A stretch of 64,000 nucleotides of DNA, taken from contig NC_043004.1 in assembly GCF_006345805.1 (NCBI RefSeq), positions 46,624,001-46,688,000 of the forward strand, written 5' to 3'. Positions 1 through 13,461 of this stretch are shown here, piece after piece. The DNA is from Octopus sinensis (Eukaryota). The notes beneath the pieces are model-generated. The model was given only the letters and a program-made list of their open reading frames with translations. It was not told where the DNA came from and searched no databases. Positions within the stretch are counted from its first letter, which is position 1. Every line of letters starts with the position of its first letter. The position numbers and the translations under genes were made by a program.

Positions 1-1234
1 AGGCTACTTGTTTATTGTATGTCTTTTCAAGTCCAGAAGAAATGCATCCTGTCTGTATTGTATGTATAAACGACTAGTATATATAATTCAGCATTAACAG
101 TTTATAAAATGTGTTTGTATGAAATAAGGAAAATAGATATTGTTACGTATGCTCCTTAATACGTCTCAAGCACAAATCCTTTTCCAATATAGTTAGAAGG
201 TAGAAACTTATAGCGAAAATTATAGAATGAGATTATGTGATGTTTATCCATCACAAAAAATATTTGTGCTACATTATATTTGAAATTACTGGTAAGTGAA
301 TATGTATATCCTGTTTTTGCCAGAAGTTTCTATAACCGTATTCTAGTTGTATGACCCAAGTCTGACTCAATCAACATCTACTCTTTTTCCTACAACACTT
401 TGGTTTTGTGGTAACTTCCTCATGAAGTGCAAAAGCATACGTGAGCCTTTACACCACCCTCAATACTGGTAGGAAGGAGGGAAATATGGATATCTCACCC
501 CCCCCAATTCATCTGGTCTGAAAGTTGAAAGAGTGATTCCGCTGAAGCTAGCCAATTTGTTAGGGTCGTGATATTAATCGGGCAAAACTTTTGCTCTAAC
601 TACAAACTCGATGGTGGTGAGATTTGAACTCTAACACTCAAGATGCAAAAAGTAACAAAACCCTATCTTTCTCATTGGTTATACAGAACCACCAATCCAC
701 GCTGCGAATGGCATATTTTAATCGACCCCTCCCCGCCCCAAAGTTTACATTGGTGGAATTTGAATTTGAAGTGCAGACACATGAAATATCATGATATATC
801 ACAAGCAACTTATATAGCTATGCCAGTTCACACCTGAACGAAATTGTGGAGGTAGGGTCTTGGTTTTTTGGTCAATGGGATTACGCAACTCGGAAAAGTG
901 TGGGGGTCTTTGAGTGCTTGCAAATGAAACTGGTAAAAAGCAAGCACTTCAAACATGATTTCCTCAGTAGACCGAACCAATTTAATGGATTTTCCCTTAT
1001 GAATGCTATTCTAATGAATGTTCCCTTACAAACACTATACTAAGAAAGTCAGAGATTGGACTGTCAAGCTAAGAAGGAGTTTAGTATCAGATATTTAGCT
1101 TCACTTTCACGGATTTATGCAATAACGTTAATGGTAAATAAGTGTGTACGCCTGTTACATGTATTTATGTATCATTTGATCTCTGTGCTCCCGGTTCATT
1201 AATTGCATGAGTGAGGAGTCTAAGTATGTCGTGT

Positions 1235-1470
1235 GTAAGCGTGTATATGTTAAATAAAATACGATAGCAAGCCCAAGGCAATTCGACTGTCCCAGGACAT
1301 TTATAAACAGAAAAGTGATCTTACAGCTGTTTCAGGAAAATAAACGACATCCCATCATCAGAGTGGAGTTAACAGAGATTCTATAAAAGGAATTAGTAGA
1401 ATCAATTTTTTTAGAAGTTATTCTGGAGAGGGAGAGATTATGCAAGAAATTAGATGTAATGGAGAAAGTT
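1235..1470 (-). mobile_element. Inverted PLE terminal-repeat fragment carrying a degenerate hammerhead motif (1317-1365)
   Basis: Reverse complement aligns by eye to 4030-4260. Minus strand reads CTGATGA-T-GGGA..TTCC-T-GAAAC-AGCT-GT-A; stem I has only 2 bp left. Confidence 0.65.
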
Positions 1471-1601
1471 TAAAAGGAATCTATGAAAGTAAAATACATG
1501 TTGATTGTTAAAGTTGCTGTTCTGTCATCCAAGAAATGTGCAGTATAGAATGAGTAAAGAGGCTTCATATCCATGATATAATAATAATAATAATAATAAT
1601 T

Positions 1602-1649
<48 letters not shown>

Positions 1650-1668
1650 TAATAATAATAATAATAAT

Positions 1669-2070
1669 ATAGTTGTCAGAGACCATGAAGAAAAAAAATG
1701 CTTTCTAATTGATGTATCAATACCGGCTGATGACAACGTGTCTCTAAAACAAATGGAGAAACTCTCAAAATACAAAGACCTGGAAATAGAGGTAACTAGA
1801 ATGTGGAATCTGAAAACAGAAACAATTCCTATCATAGTAGGTGCATTAGGCATGATAAAAAATATTCAGACAAATACATAACAAAAACACCAGGACTTAC
1901 AAACACATACAACATACAGAAAATTGCACTACTAGGCACTGCACACATCCTACGCAGAACACTTTCCATATAATAACCATCAGAGCATCACAACAAATCA
2001 CAGCACATACCCAAGGCACACAGAGCTGCGGTCGGTAGGGAAGTGAAAGCACGCTATAAAAATAAAACTA

Positions 2071-2073
<3 letters not shown>
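1669..2073 (+). mobile_element. 5'-truncated R4/Dong-type non-LTR retrotransposon (restriction-like endonuclease C-terminus plus 3' UTR) inside an (AAT)n tract
   Basis: Translates IVVRDHEEKKCFLIDVSIP..EKLSKYKDLEIEVTRMWNLKTETIPIIVGALG, a 1-nt frameshift near 1861, then ..QKIALLGTAHILRRTLSI* (stop 1971-1973). (AAT)n lies on both sides (about 1579-1668 and 2074-2228). Confidence 0.85.
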
Positions 2074-2131
<58 letters not shown>

Positions 2132-2316
2132 GTGATAATAATGATGATAATAATGATAATAATAATAATAATAATCATAATAATAATAATAATAATAACA
2201 ACAACAATAATACTAATAACGTTAATAATACGGACCAATCTACCCCTGTCTCTAACATCTGCCTAGATAGTATCACTTCTTCTATTCCTGAGAATAATCT
2301 CCACAATGCTCTACAA

Positions 2317-2660
2317 TGTAACTGTGCCCTGGAACGATATGCCCTCTAGATACCCTTTGCAGAAGATTTAACGTAATTTACAAATGCACCATCCTCAACA
2401 TGCAACACAATTCCACAAGCATATACATAATATCCACCATAAACTTTAAACAGAGATACTCTGCACATCTCAATTCTTTAGATATGAGAAACACAATAAA
2501 ACCAAACACTCGCCATTCAAATATATCATCTTAAACGTAGGAATATTCCATATAACTCATCATTGTCCATAATTAATTGAGGACTTCCACATCAGGGTCA
2601 ACGCTTAGCCTGTAAGCTATGCCGAAAGCCACATTCCATACATATATTAACACATAATTC
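2317..2660 (+). pseudogene. Penelope-like element GIY-YIG endonuclease relic
   Basis: Frameshifted reading CNC..CPLDTLCRRFNVIYKCT..SIYI..NFKQRYSAHLNS(FRYEKH)..CKLC matches the CNC-CPL-C linker, VIY/YI(G) and FKxRY..H pattern of PLE endonucleases. Confidence 0.7.
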
Positions 2661-3380
2661 TTATATAAGTATAATGATGTCCTAGCTACATGCAACCACC
2701 GCATTTTTCACACCTTTTTCACATATTTCACAAATTTTTCACAAATTTTATCACAAATCCAAATGCAACGTAAATCACCTCACATTTACGTATGCTGAAT
2801 ACCCCAGGGTTAACTCGAACAAACATGTTTGACTTTTTAATTTCTTAAATTGTTAATTTTTTTCGTCTTATTAATTTTTTAATTGTTTAATATATGTGCG
2901 TGTGTCTGTGTGTGTATGGGTACATATATATATGCATGTGTGTGTGAGTAAGCGGGCCTACATCCATATGCGTATTGATATATATATATATGCATGTGCC
3001 ACTGCACATGTGTGTATATATGTGTATATTTTCTCTTTCCCACAGATTTATCCTTCTCCTCTATAACTTTCTTCGTTCACTAAACTAGTACACTCCCTGA
3101 CTCCTTATAAATGCCTACATTTATTTTTAGAAACTTGACCATTATATCCCCACATTTACCCCTCAATTCCTTGCATTCTTCATTATTATTTCACTCCCTT
3201 CCCTTCCTTCCCTAGGTTTACTACTCACATTAAAACTCCCTCTCCGCTGTTCCACATTCTTTATCTATCTCTCCCCCTTAACGCCTTTTCAAAAGTATCC
3301 CCCACCTCAACTTCTCAAACATACTCCATTCTTACCTTCTTATTTCTTCTTGCTATCCTTCCCCATTCCTTTTATCCATC

Positions 3381-3605
3381 TGGCAGAAACGTTAGTACGC
3401 CGGGCGAAGTGCTTAGCGGTATTTCGTCTGTCTTTACGTTCTGAGTTCAAATTCCGCCGAGGTCAACTTCGCCTTTCATCCTTTCGGGGTCGATAAATTA
3501 AGTACCAGTTACGCACTGGCGTCGATGTAATCGACTTAATCCGTTTGTCTGTCCTTGTTTGTCCTCTCTGTATTTAGCCCCTTGTGGGTAGTAAAGAAAT
3601 AGATA
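3381..3605 (+). mobile_element. tRNA-derived SINE, family A
   Basis: TGGCAGAAACGTTAG A-box-like head, GAGTTCAAATTCC B box, GGGGTCGATAAATTAAGTACCAG core; many other copies in the window. Confidence 0.85.
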
Positions 3606-4268
3606 CCTATCCTTTCTCCACCCTTTACAGTATCTTGACCAGCATCTAACATTTCTTTTTTTTCTTTTCTCTTTTTATTTTCCTTTTTCGCCGTTAAGAA
3701 TATCACTCCAGCATTTTTTTTTACCAATACAACTCTCACCCACACATACTTCTTTCCTCCTTCTAATAGTCTTATTTATTCATTCCTCTCTTTAACTACT
3801 TCCCCTTACTAGTATAACTCTAAACTGATTTGTAATACAAGATCTTTTGAATGAAAAACACACGGAATTAACGTCTGCACGCTATCCATTTAAAATAACA
3901 ACACATGATTTCTTATCGTACTTTACACATCAAGGACAAGAAGCCTCTTTCCCCATCCTATAAAACACATTTCATGGATAACGGAACTCAACTTTAACAT
4001 CCAACATATATTTTACTTTCATATTTTCCTTTTATATTTTGCGCATTACTTCTAATTTCTTGTATATGTCTCGCTCTCCAGAATAACGTCTAAAAAAATG
4101 AACTCTACTAATTCCTTCTATGCAGCTTTTCTAAATCGTTTATGGTGATGGGGCATCATTTATTTCCGTGAAACAGCTGTAAAACTACCTTTCTATTTAT
4201 AAATGTCCTAGAAATAACAAATTGCCTTGGCCTTGTTATCCTATTTTTTTAACACACACACATACATA

Positions 4269-4428
4269 GGCACAGGCGTGCTTGTGTGCTAATAAGCTTG
4301 CTTCCAAACCACATGTCTCTGTGTTCAGTCCCACTGCGTATCACCTTGGTCAAGTGTCTTCTGCAATAGCCTCGGGCCAACCAAAACCTTGTGAGTGGAT
4401 TTGGTAAACGGAAGCTGAAAGAGCCCAT

Positions 4429-4479
<51 letters not shown>

Positions 4480-4740
4480 ATGTGTGTGTGTGTGTGTGTA
4501 TGTATATATATGTATGTATTTGCGTGTTCCTTTGCTTGTCCGCACTGCCATCAGTTAACAACTGATGCTGGTTTGTTTATGTCCCCATATCTTAGCAGTA
4601 CAGCAAAAGAGACCGAAAGAATAAGTACTAGGCTTGCAAGAAATAAGTCCCTGTGTCGATTTCTGCCACTAAAACTCATTTAGGCGGTGCTTCAGCAGAA
4701 TTGCACCCAAACGACTGAATTAAGTAATAGAGTAAACGAA
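4269..4740 (+). mobile_element. tRNA-derived SINE, family B, with internal (TA)n/(TG)n
   Basis: CAAGTGTCTTCTGC..CCTTGTGAGTGGATTTGGTAAACGGAAGCTGAAAG core and ATAAGTACTAGGCTT..GGCGGTGCT tail shared with 11.5, 41.2, 44.9 and 61.4 kb copies. Confidence 0.85.
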
Positions 4741-4811
4741 TCAAAAATCGATATTCTTCCCTGTGTTTGTGAAATCTTTTGTATCTCTACCGTACGGCTT
4801 CATTTCCACAC

Positions 4812-5132
4812 GCACCAGCTGAATTCAATTCGTCCTTAGTCGAAAGGCACCTGTTGTTATGTCCTGTTATTATTTTTATTGTTTTTTTAGGCTTGTGTAA
4901 CATTGTCCGTTCTTTCCATCTTTGTTTTTGTATACATTCGCTGCTTTCTTCCAAGAAATCTAATGCTCTTAGGTTAGTATTTCCTTGGGGCTGGCCAGAA
5001 TGGAGCAATCTCAAAAATAATCAACCGAAATTGCGAGCATAATCTGCTGCTTGACTGAAGAAAGTAAACTTCGAATGACCCGTCATTGTTTTCTTTGTAT
5101 CGTCTATCTGGACGTTTTGTCCCTTTTTGTAT
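4812..5132 (-). repeat. Interspersed repeat family D (unclassified, probably PLE-terminal-derived)
   Basis: Reverse complement aligns with 32266-32612 (CCCCAAGGAAA..TAAGAGCATTAGATT..GAATTGAATTCAGCTG); a more diverged copy lies at about 30700-30965. Confidence 0.7.
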
Positions 5133-5169
5133 CACATAACTGCCTGGCTGTTTTGCCTTCTTGTCCCAT

Positions 5170-5830
5170 TTTTAAAATTATATACATACATATATATAAG
5201 GCAATGACGAAAATGAAGAGATTGAGAAACATCACCTTACAAACATCAGCTACATCCATTTATTAATTATTTGCAATAATATGAATATGAATAAATAAAA
5301 GAATAAGATTAAATTAGTGAATATAAATTCTACTCTTACAATTTTTTTTACTTTGGGGGTCCAGCATGCCAAAGTTGGCACATCATATCAATATTATACA
5401 AAAATCGAAGAAGAATTGGGCAGAAATTGGGAAAATAGTGAACCCTACAGCTTCAAAAGTGAGTCAATAACAGCAAGAATTAAACAAGTAAAAATGTAAA
5501 AATGACATAATAAAATAGTAAAGAATTGTAAACAGGAAATTCCAAAATAATAATATCCAAATAATATTATCGACTCCCTGATGAAGCTTTGGGGTTCACT
5601 TTTGTCCAATTTCTGTCCAATTCTTTTTCAATTTTTGTACAATCTTTGTATAATATTGGTATGATGTGACAACTTTGACATGCTGGATTCCCAAAGTAGA
5701 AATATTTATTCTTATTTATGTATTTATTCATATTCATATGATTGTAATTAATTAATATATGGATCTAGCTGATTTTGTCAATTAATTATCTTCTTCATTT
5801 TCTTCCTTGCCTTATAAATTCTGGTTAAAC
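5170..5830. repeat. Old imperfect inverted pair (arms about 5170-5470 and 5570-5830) with a degenerate long-stem-II HHR remnant
   Basis: Arms are reverse complements by eye. CTGATGA at 5578-5584, GCTTTGGG..CCCAAAGT stem, GAAA at 5699-5702. Confidence 0.6.
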
Positions 5831-5914
5831 TTTTGTTTACCTCCACGCATACCTATTATTTAATTGCATTATTGCCTTGCAACAGTAAGCATTTGTATAT
5901 AAATATATATATAT

Positions 5915-5956
<42 letters not shown>

Positions 5957-5959
5957 ATG

Positions 5960-6215
5960 TGTGTAAAAACTGTAAGATAACAAAAGAAAGAAAGGGACCT
6001 CAACATTACGTAACTAGAGAAAATTTATCTATAAAATAATATATGACAATTATTCAATAGCCAAGATAAAACTCTGAGTTTCCGATGCCGAAGTGTAAAT
6101 CCACAGCACCATCTCTTCAGATAACCGAAGAGATGGTGTTGTGGATTTCCACCTCGGCATCCGAAACTCAGTTTTATCTTGACAACTGAATAATTGTCAC
6201 ATATTATTTTACAGA
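5960..6215. mobile_element. (TA)n-flanked fold-back element with an HHR-like motif at 6119-6179 (+)
   Basis: About 95-bp inverted arms around 6118. Stem I AGATAA/TTATCT, core CCGAAGA, stem II GATG/CATC, then C-GAAAC-TCA-GT-T. Confidence 0.65.
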
Positions 6216-6225
6216 TATATATATA

Positions 6226-6256
<31 letters not shown>

Positions 6257-7037
6257 CATCCAGTAGTATATTGGTTATTTATTATCCCTTAGATGGTTGT
6301 CTAACCGCTAAATCATATATACATGTACACACACACACATTTAGTGGTATGTCTACATAGCTTATAAATATGTAGTATCACGTGCATTGAATAAGCAGCT
6401 ACACTCCATGATCTCGTAACGTACATAATGAAAGAGTCACTAGTTCATTTGGTTTTTCATGAAAATCTATGAAAAAATGACAACCTCTTTATTTTTTCAA
6501 ACATTATTTGTCTGTAAGTATTTTATTCAATGTCCTCTTCATACTTCCAGACAGTTTTTGTATAAATTGAAGTGGTTTTTCTGATTTTTCTATTGCTTCG
6601 AGCACTTTCGTATATATTATAATGTTGGTTTGGACCGAATTTTGTATTTTAAATTTGGAAAGCCTTCAATGGAAATTAAATGTGACTGTTGTAATTTGTG
6701 AAATAACAAAAGCGATTCACAAGGAAATTATGAAATTTCGGTGCATTGCCTTATTATTGTTTAAGAACTGTAAACTATTATATTACTTCTGACGTAAAAT
6801 ATATAACATGTTATTGATGTTACAGAATTCTGGAGAGGTTACTCAGCACTGATTAGTACTGGATTTTTCAAATTGTTTCCTATTTGTCAGAAAAGAACAC
6901 AAAAAAACAGCAACAGAAGTAGTTCTTCCCGTATCTTTTCATTCTCAGAGTTCAAAATTCTAAGCTGAAATATTTTGGTTTCACTACCTTACATTGCGAG
7001 ATCAAATCGCGTGAGGATGATTATTAACATTCTAATT

Positions 7038-7133
<96 letters not shown>

Positions 7134-7266
7134 CATATGTATGTATGTACGTATATGTATATATATAGTGAATCCAAACAAAGAAGAACGACGAAGAAAA
7201 ACAACAACACGAGGAAGTGGTACAAGTTCTGTATTATCAGGTCTCTCAGGAAAGGAAAGAAAGACG

Positions 7267-7301
7267 ATTTTACGTTTCGTGCAAAGCACTTCTTCAGAAA
7301 T
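7267..7301 (-). ncRNA. Minimal type I hammerhead-like motif with an extra A after A9, in a (TA)n-adjacent repeat (about 7168-7440)
   Basis: Minus strand: ATTT CTGAAGA A GTGC TTT GCAC GAAA C|G T A AAAT. GUA triplet; the self-complementary ACGT stem III could only form in a dimer. Confidence 0.6.
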
Positions 7302-7439
7302 AGAGGAAAGTCCAGAAGAAGGGAAGACGGGAGAAGAAATTTGCGAAGTATACAAACGTGGTTACATTTTGCCATGACCGGAAGGGAACGGGTGAAGAAA
7401 AAGTTCTTTCTAAGACAGGGGAGTGCAAGAGAAGGAAGT

Positions 7440-8370
7440 ATGTGTGTGAATGTGTGGGTATGTGCGTACGTGCAGGTGTGTGTGTGTGTAATACTAGCAC
7501 GTGTATGTATGCATGTGTGTGTGTGTGTGTGTGGTTTTGGTTGTTAATATGTGTGTACGTGTGAGTGGACCTTGTGTCGCTTAATGACGTATGAAGAATT
7601 TATAATAAGAATCTTTAGTAGGAGTGACTGTCTTTTGTATGTCTCCCTTCACATGTGTGTATGAGAATGGTCAGTAGAAATGTATTTAACTGGTAGCTTG
7701 AAGTATGTGTGGATGTGTATGTGTGTTTTGTGTGCAATGTGTGCGTGTGAGTACGTGTGTGTGTATATGTGTGAGTGTATGCGTGGAGTGGTGTATGGGG
7801 GTAATGTCTGTGGAGCAAATGTGCATTACTCTGTGTGTGTACGTGTATGTGCGTGTGTGTATGTCCATGAATGTATGATTGTGTGCGTGTATGTATGAGT
7901 GTGTGTTTGAGTGTGTAGGAGGTATGTCTGGGTTCATTTGCCTGTGCGCGTATATGTGTGTACGTGTGTGCGTATGTATTTTGTGTATGTGCATGTGTGT
8001 GTGCGCGCATGTATGTATGTGTCTGTGTGTGCGTGGGGTTACGTGCGTTTGGTATATGTGCATTCCTGTGCGTGTGTATTTGTGTGTGCGTTTGTGTACG
8101 TGTGTGTGTGCGCGCCTGTATGTGTGTGCCGTGTGTGTGCGTGTTGTGTGTGTGTAGTGTGTGTGGGGTGTATATGCGAGGTATATGTACATGGATGAGT
8201 TTGCGTGTATATATGCGTGTGTGTTGTGTGGAGGCGTATGTGTGTATGTGCATGTATGCGTATTGTATTGTATGGTGTGTGTGGGAGGTATATGTGCATT
8301 CATGTGTGTACACGGGTAGGTGTAGTTTTCGTGTGAGTGTATATGTAAGTGTGCATGCATATAGAAATGA
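7440..8370. repeat. Degenerate (GT)n-derived low-complexity tract
   Basis: Nearly continuous imperfect GT/AT dinucleotides; source of the V/C and H/T-rich ORFs. Confidence 0.9.
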
Positions 8371-8580
8371 AATAAAATATAATAAAGTATCGTAAAATAA
8401 GGTTGATAGGGGTAAAGAAGAAGTTAATACAATAGAAAATAGCGCATTTAAAAACAAACAACGAAATAAAGTTTCTATGTATATGTATATCTATATATAT
8501 ATAAGTATTTAAATGTGTGTGTATTTTTTTAAAATTTTATATTTCTATTTATTTATAACTTAACATTGTGTATTTTATAA

Positions 8581-8705
8581 TCTCTGACGAAGCCTAGAGA
8601 AACACCCAAGTACCTCAATTTCATCTACGTATTGCTTCAGTCTACTTGAATAATAAAGGTAGAATGAGATATTTTTGCCTCTTGGCTGAAACAGCTATAA
8701 GTTAG
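8581..8705 (+). ncRNA. Degenerate HHR motif with a long stem II insert
   Basis: CTGACGA (8584-8590) AGCC ..about 90 nt.. GGCT GAAAC AGCT ATA. The same GGCTGAAACAGCTGTAAG end occurs on the minus strand at about 63903-63920. Confidence 0.45.
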
Positions 8706-9217
8706 TTTCCCAATTTATATTCATGTATGTTATATTGTAATAATTACTGGCATCTTTATATATTAATACATTTTATATCTTAAATGTAAAGCATATGTTA
8801 TACATGTATGTATATTCTTTTAATTGTCAGTTTAATAAATAAATAAATAAGTTAACATAATATAATGTTTAAAAGTTGATGAACCACCTATTGATCCCCT
8901 CCATTTTCCTATTACTCTCTCTCTCTCTCTCTCCATATATATATATATATATATAATTTATATTACTATTTAACTGCGCATTTTTGATGCGACTCTACTC
9001 TATACACTTACTCCCACGCCCATTTCTATATCTCTTTTTTCCCCTCAGAGTTTTCTATTTGTCTATCTCACTCTTCTATCTTTTCTCTTTCCAAAGAAAA
9101 TATTTCTCCCAGCGTTCACTATTTTCCACTCGATCTGTTCCAATGACCCTCCATGTTTGTTTCCGGTGTTTCCTTGAATGACTCCACTGTCCTGTCTTTG
9201 TTTCCAACTTTGACCGT

Positions 9218-9345
<128 letters not shown>

Positions 9346-10466
9346 TATATATAGATAGATAGATACATACATACATACATACATACATACATACATACTA
9401 CATACATACATACATACATACATACACATACATACGCGTCAAATAATATTAGGTTTTAACGTTAAAGTGAGATTCCCAGACATTTAGATGAAATCGCAGC
9501 CATAAATCATCATTTATTATTTTATCGGAACTGAAATTTTATTATAAAAGCAATCAGAAAATATATTTAAAAAAATGAATGCGGAAATATTACAATGTAT
9601 TTTTGCTAGTCCTGTAGTTTCCTAAATATATTTAAATCTCTATTTTAAAATATGTTTAGCACAACATATCGGTGGAAATATTAAGAAGTGAGTTAGAGCA
9701 TATTTTGATAATGTTTATCCCTGATATAATTTTCCTTTAAAAGACAGATTTCTTAGATTCTGTTTAATCAAATTTCTGAAATTTCCTCTAAGATCACCCT
9801 TAATTAGGGCACATCCAATTAAATATATGAGAGCAATTATATGTTCCTACACTAGCATTGGTTCAATAATGCAGATACGAGAAACAAGTGGAACGCCTTC
9901 TACAATCATTTCATCTTCTTAAAGAAATCAATGTTATAAAATCGACGCTATTCCATTACCAAACGTGGAGTTTTCCATCGCTTACCCCCTATGGAAATCA
10001 TTGGTATCGTGTTTAAGTAACACGAATTCCCGATGGCTGTAAATCATTTTTCGTACAGTTATGACTTGACACAATTTTCTAGCAGTATATGGGTTGTTTT
10101 TCTTTATAATTTATTCTGAATCCTGTAAAGATTCGTGATGTTCGCCTTCAAATAGAAAAACCAAACACTGTATTCTCTAATGATATATCCGTTGTCCTTT
10201 CTTTCCTCCCGAAAATTCAGAGTTTATCTTTCGTTTACTTGTATTTCCAAATCACTTTCTTTCGTCAGATATACATCAGATAATTGTTCTATAGATGTAA
10301 TACTAACCTATGACACTTGCAACAAATATTAACTACGACCAAAATTCCTCACATTTAATTCCAGGTATCCCATTAAAAGTCACAGAACTTCCACGGAAGT
10401 GCTAAGTATGTATACATGCATATTCCTACATATATATGTATGTACGTATGTATGTATGTATGTATG

Positions 10467-10500
<34 letters not shown>

Positions 10501-10631
10501 TGTATGTATGTATGTATGTATGTGCGTGTAGTTAATCAATTTAGTAACGTATTACTGATAATTCATTGATAGTTGAATGTATTATCTGACGCACTCTCGC
10601 CTTTTCAGTTCTACTAACCAAACTACATTAC

Positions 10632-10643
10632 CAAATGATGATG

Positions 10644-10700
<57 letters not shown>

Positions 10701-10812
10701 TTGTTGTTGGTGTCGTTGTTATTATTATTGTAAGAAGTGATGAGGAAGTAGAAGAAGAAGAAGAAGAAGAGGAGAAAAAGAAGAAGAAGGAGAAGATCAA
10801 CAACAACAAAAA
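10632..10812. repeat. Compound trinucleotide microsatellite (GAT)(AAT)n(GTT)(GAA)n
   Basis: Read directly. Confidence 0.95.
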
Positions 10813-11341
10813 AAAAGCAACAGCAAATATATAAATAATAATGCCAAATGTGGTTACCGACATATAGACAAAAATTTATGGCGTTGTTAAGTTCACTGTC
10901 AGGAAGCAATACTTGGTTACAAATGCTTACGTCACTGAATTTGAATATATTATATAGCAATAAATAATATTTGACAACAATTAAAAGTTGTTCTTAAACC
11001 ATGGGTCATATATCATCAAAAAGGTTGTACAGGCAATCAGCAGCTACTTTTTTCATTTATTGGTCTTTATAAAATAAACACAACCAAAATATTCCTTTTC
11101 ATTTTTCTTGATCTACTTAATTCACCTTCTCCACTCATTATTGATTTTTTTTTTGTGCTTACGTATTGGGTTGGCAACTAAGTAAGTTCTTGCCGGTTTT
11201 TAATTTTTTTGTATTTATTGCGTTTTTAAATTTTGGAACCTTTTTTTTATTTTCGAGAATTCTATTTTCGAATCGTTTTCGAATCTATTTTGTTTTTATT
11301 TTCTATTTAATTTTAGTTAATTTTTGTTATATATATACATG

Positions 11342-11376
<35 letters not shown>

Positions 11377-11382
11377 TATATA

Positions 11383-11427
<45 letters not shown>

Positions 11428-11483
11428 TAATAATAATAATAATAATAATAAAGGGTAAAATAAATAAATTAATAAACACTAGC

Positions 11484-11752
11484 GAGTAGATTTGGTAGAC
11501 GGAAACTGAAAAAAGCCCGTCGTATATATGTAAATATATATATATATATGTTTGCCGTCCCCACCCACTCTACATCGCTTGACAACCGATGCTGGGTTGT
11601 TTACGTGCCCGTAACTTAGCGGTTCGGCAATAGACACCGATAGAATAAGTACTTGGCTTACAAAGATTAAGTCCTGGGGTCGATCTATTCGACTAAAGGC
11701 GGTGCTCTAGTATGGCCACAGTCAAATGACTGGAACAAAAAAAAGAATAAAA
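11484..11752 (+). mobile_element. SINE family B, 5'-truncated
   Basis: GATTTGGTAGACGGAAACTGAAA..CATCGCTTGACAACCGATGCTGG..CAGTCAAATGACTG. Confidence 0.85.
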
Positions 11753-11763
11753 AGATCATTAAT

Positions 11764-12745
11764 ATGGAATGTCAAGTCAAGAAAAACGAGCATTTTCGAC
11801 ACCTACTTCGTTTTGCTTTTAATCAAGGTTCTAAGGCCGCAAAAGCTGTTCGCGACATTTGTGCTGTGTATGGAGAGGGTGCGGGCCGTCCAGCAGAGTT
11901 CGATAAAGAACGATCAATCCAACTCTTGCACGAAAATCTCGTCAAACGACAAGGGAAGTGGCAGAAAAAATGGAATGTCCCACACTTCTATAGAGAAAAA
12001 TCTTCACTCGGTGGAAAAGGTTCAGAAGTATGGAGCTTGGTTTTCGCATGCATTAAGTGACAACAGCAAAACTCAACGAGCCACAAACTCCGCTGTTTTG
12101 CCTCTCCGTCACCACCCAAGCAACGATTTCTCAGGACACAGACAACGATTTCTTTACCGAATCGTTACCGTCAACGAAAAATGCTGCCTGTACATCAATA
12201 TCCAGCAGCGTAAGAAATGGCTTAGCCCCGGTAAACAAACGGGACCGCGCCTTGAACAATATTTTCATACGCGTAAAACGATGTTGCACGTATGGTGGGA
12301 CTGGGAAGAGATTATCTATTACGAATTACTTGAACGAAATCAAACGGTCAACGCGGACACTTTGTTCAACATAAGGAACGACTCGACACGGCTATTCAAG
12401 AGAAAAGACCTAATCAACAGCATGGGGTTCTTTTGCTGCGCGACAACGCCCGCCCTCATATCGCCAATATGACCAAGGAAGCCATTCAAACGCATGGATG
12501 GGAAGTGCTGCCATCCCCGTCTTACTCTTCTGATTTGGCACCAACGGATTTCCACCTCTTTCGATCTCTTTCAAATGCTATGCGCGGAGTTTCGTTCAAT
12601 AATGATGCAAAATTGAGAGCATGGTTGGATCAAGTGATTTCTACAAACGATGTAGTGAAAATCTTGTAGAACGTTTGGAAGAAATTATAAACAAGAAAGG
12701 TGAATACATTATTGATTAATTATTTGTTATTTTTTATCATTATAT
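11764..12745 (+). mobile_element. Decayed mariner transposase, internally deleted and frameshifted
   Basis: Pieces MECQVKKNEHFRHLLRFAFNQG, FLYRIVTVNEK, HVWWD, LRDNARPH and YSSDLAPTDFHLFRSL give the DD34D-type motif series. Confidence 0.9.
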
Positions 12746-12881
12746 ATATATATATATCAATATATAGGGATGAATATATGAATGAATATGAGCGTCTGTG
12801 TTTTTCTGTGTGTATGCATGTGTAAGGTCCTGTGTTTGTGTCTGCGTTTTATGTGTGCACATTTATGTGTGTAAGTCACTT

Positions 12882-12913
<32 letters not shown>

Positions 12914-13236
12914 CCCCTCTCCCTCACTCTTTATATATGTGTGTGTGTTCATGTTTGGTTATATGTAAATGTCTGTGTAGGAGGTGAGTATTAATATGCG
13001 TGTGTATATGTCTATAATTAAATATTCCCAATTTAAACAGTAACTGCTATCAGAATCACCATTTGTATACTTGGAAAACACCCAATTATTAAAGTGAAAC
13101 CATTGTCAGAAAAACCATTTCTATTTATTTTTTCATATATATATACGTATGTATATATGTATGTTTCTATCTATCTGTGTGTGTGTGCGTGTGTGTATAT
13201 ATATTTATATGTATCTATATCTATATATATATTATA

Positions 13237-13286
<50 letters not shown>

Positions 13287-13461
13287 ATATAGCAATTAAG
13301 GACAACTACTTAATAAGGAAAACTTAACAAGAAATTGTCAGGTAGATAGCGTAAAAACCTCATAAGAGAAAAAAATTTCGAAAATAAATTATTTCTTTCT
13401 TATTGAACATATTAATTTATATATATAGAGGGCATTATACATACATGCCAGAAGGCATTAT

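Larger units (their letters stand above)
2235..4260 (+). mobile_element. Decayed PLE 3' portion: endonuclease relic, long pyrimidine-rich tail and terminal repeat with an HHR remnant at about 4143-4182
   Basis: The GIY-YIG relic is followed downstream by GAAACAGCTGTA in the same orientation. The 3' end is homologous to the inverted copy at 1235-1470. The internal extent is inferred. Confidence 0.5.

Noticed and set aside
190-297. Possible exon ending at CTG|GTAAGT
   Set aside because: All frames from nearby acceptors contain stops; no homology.
9900-10330. Possible CR1/Jockey LINE 3' relic
   Set aside because: Only scattered short motifs (SSIW-like); too decayed to support.
11726-12472. 248-aa ORF
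   Set aside because: Runs from a SINE tail through frameshifted mariner sequence; only the last part is in the transposase frame.
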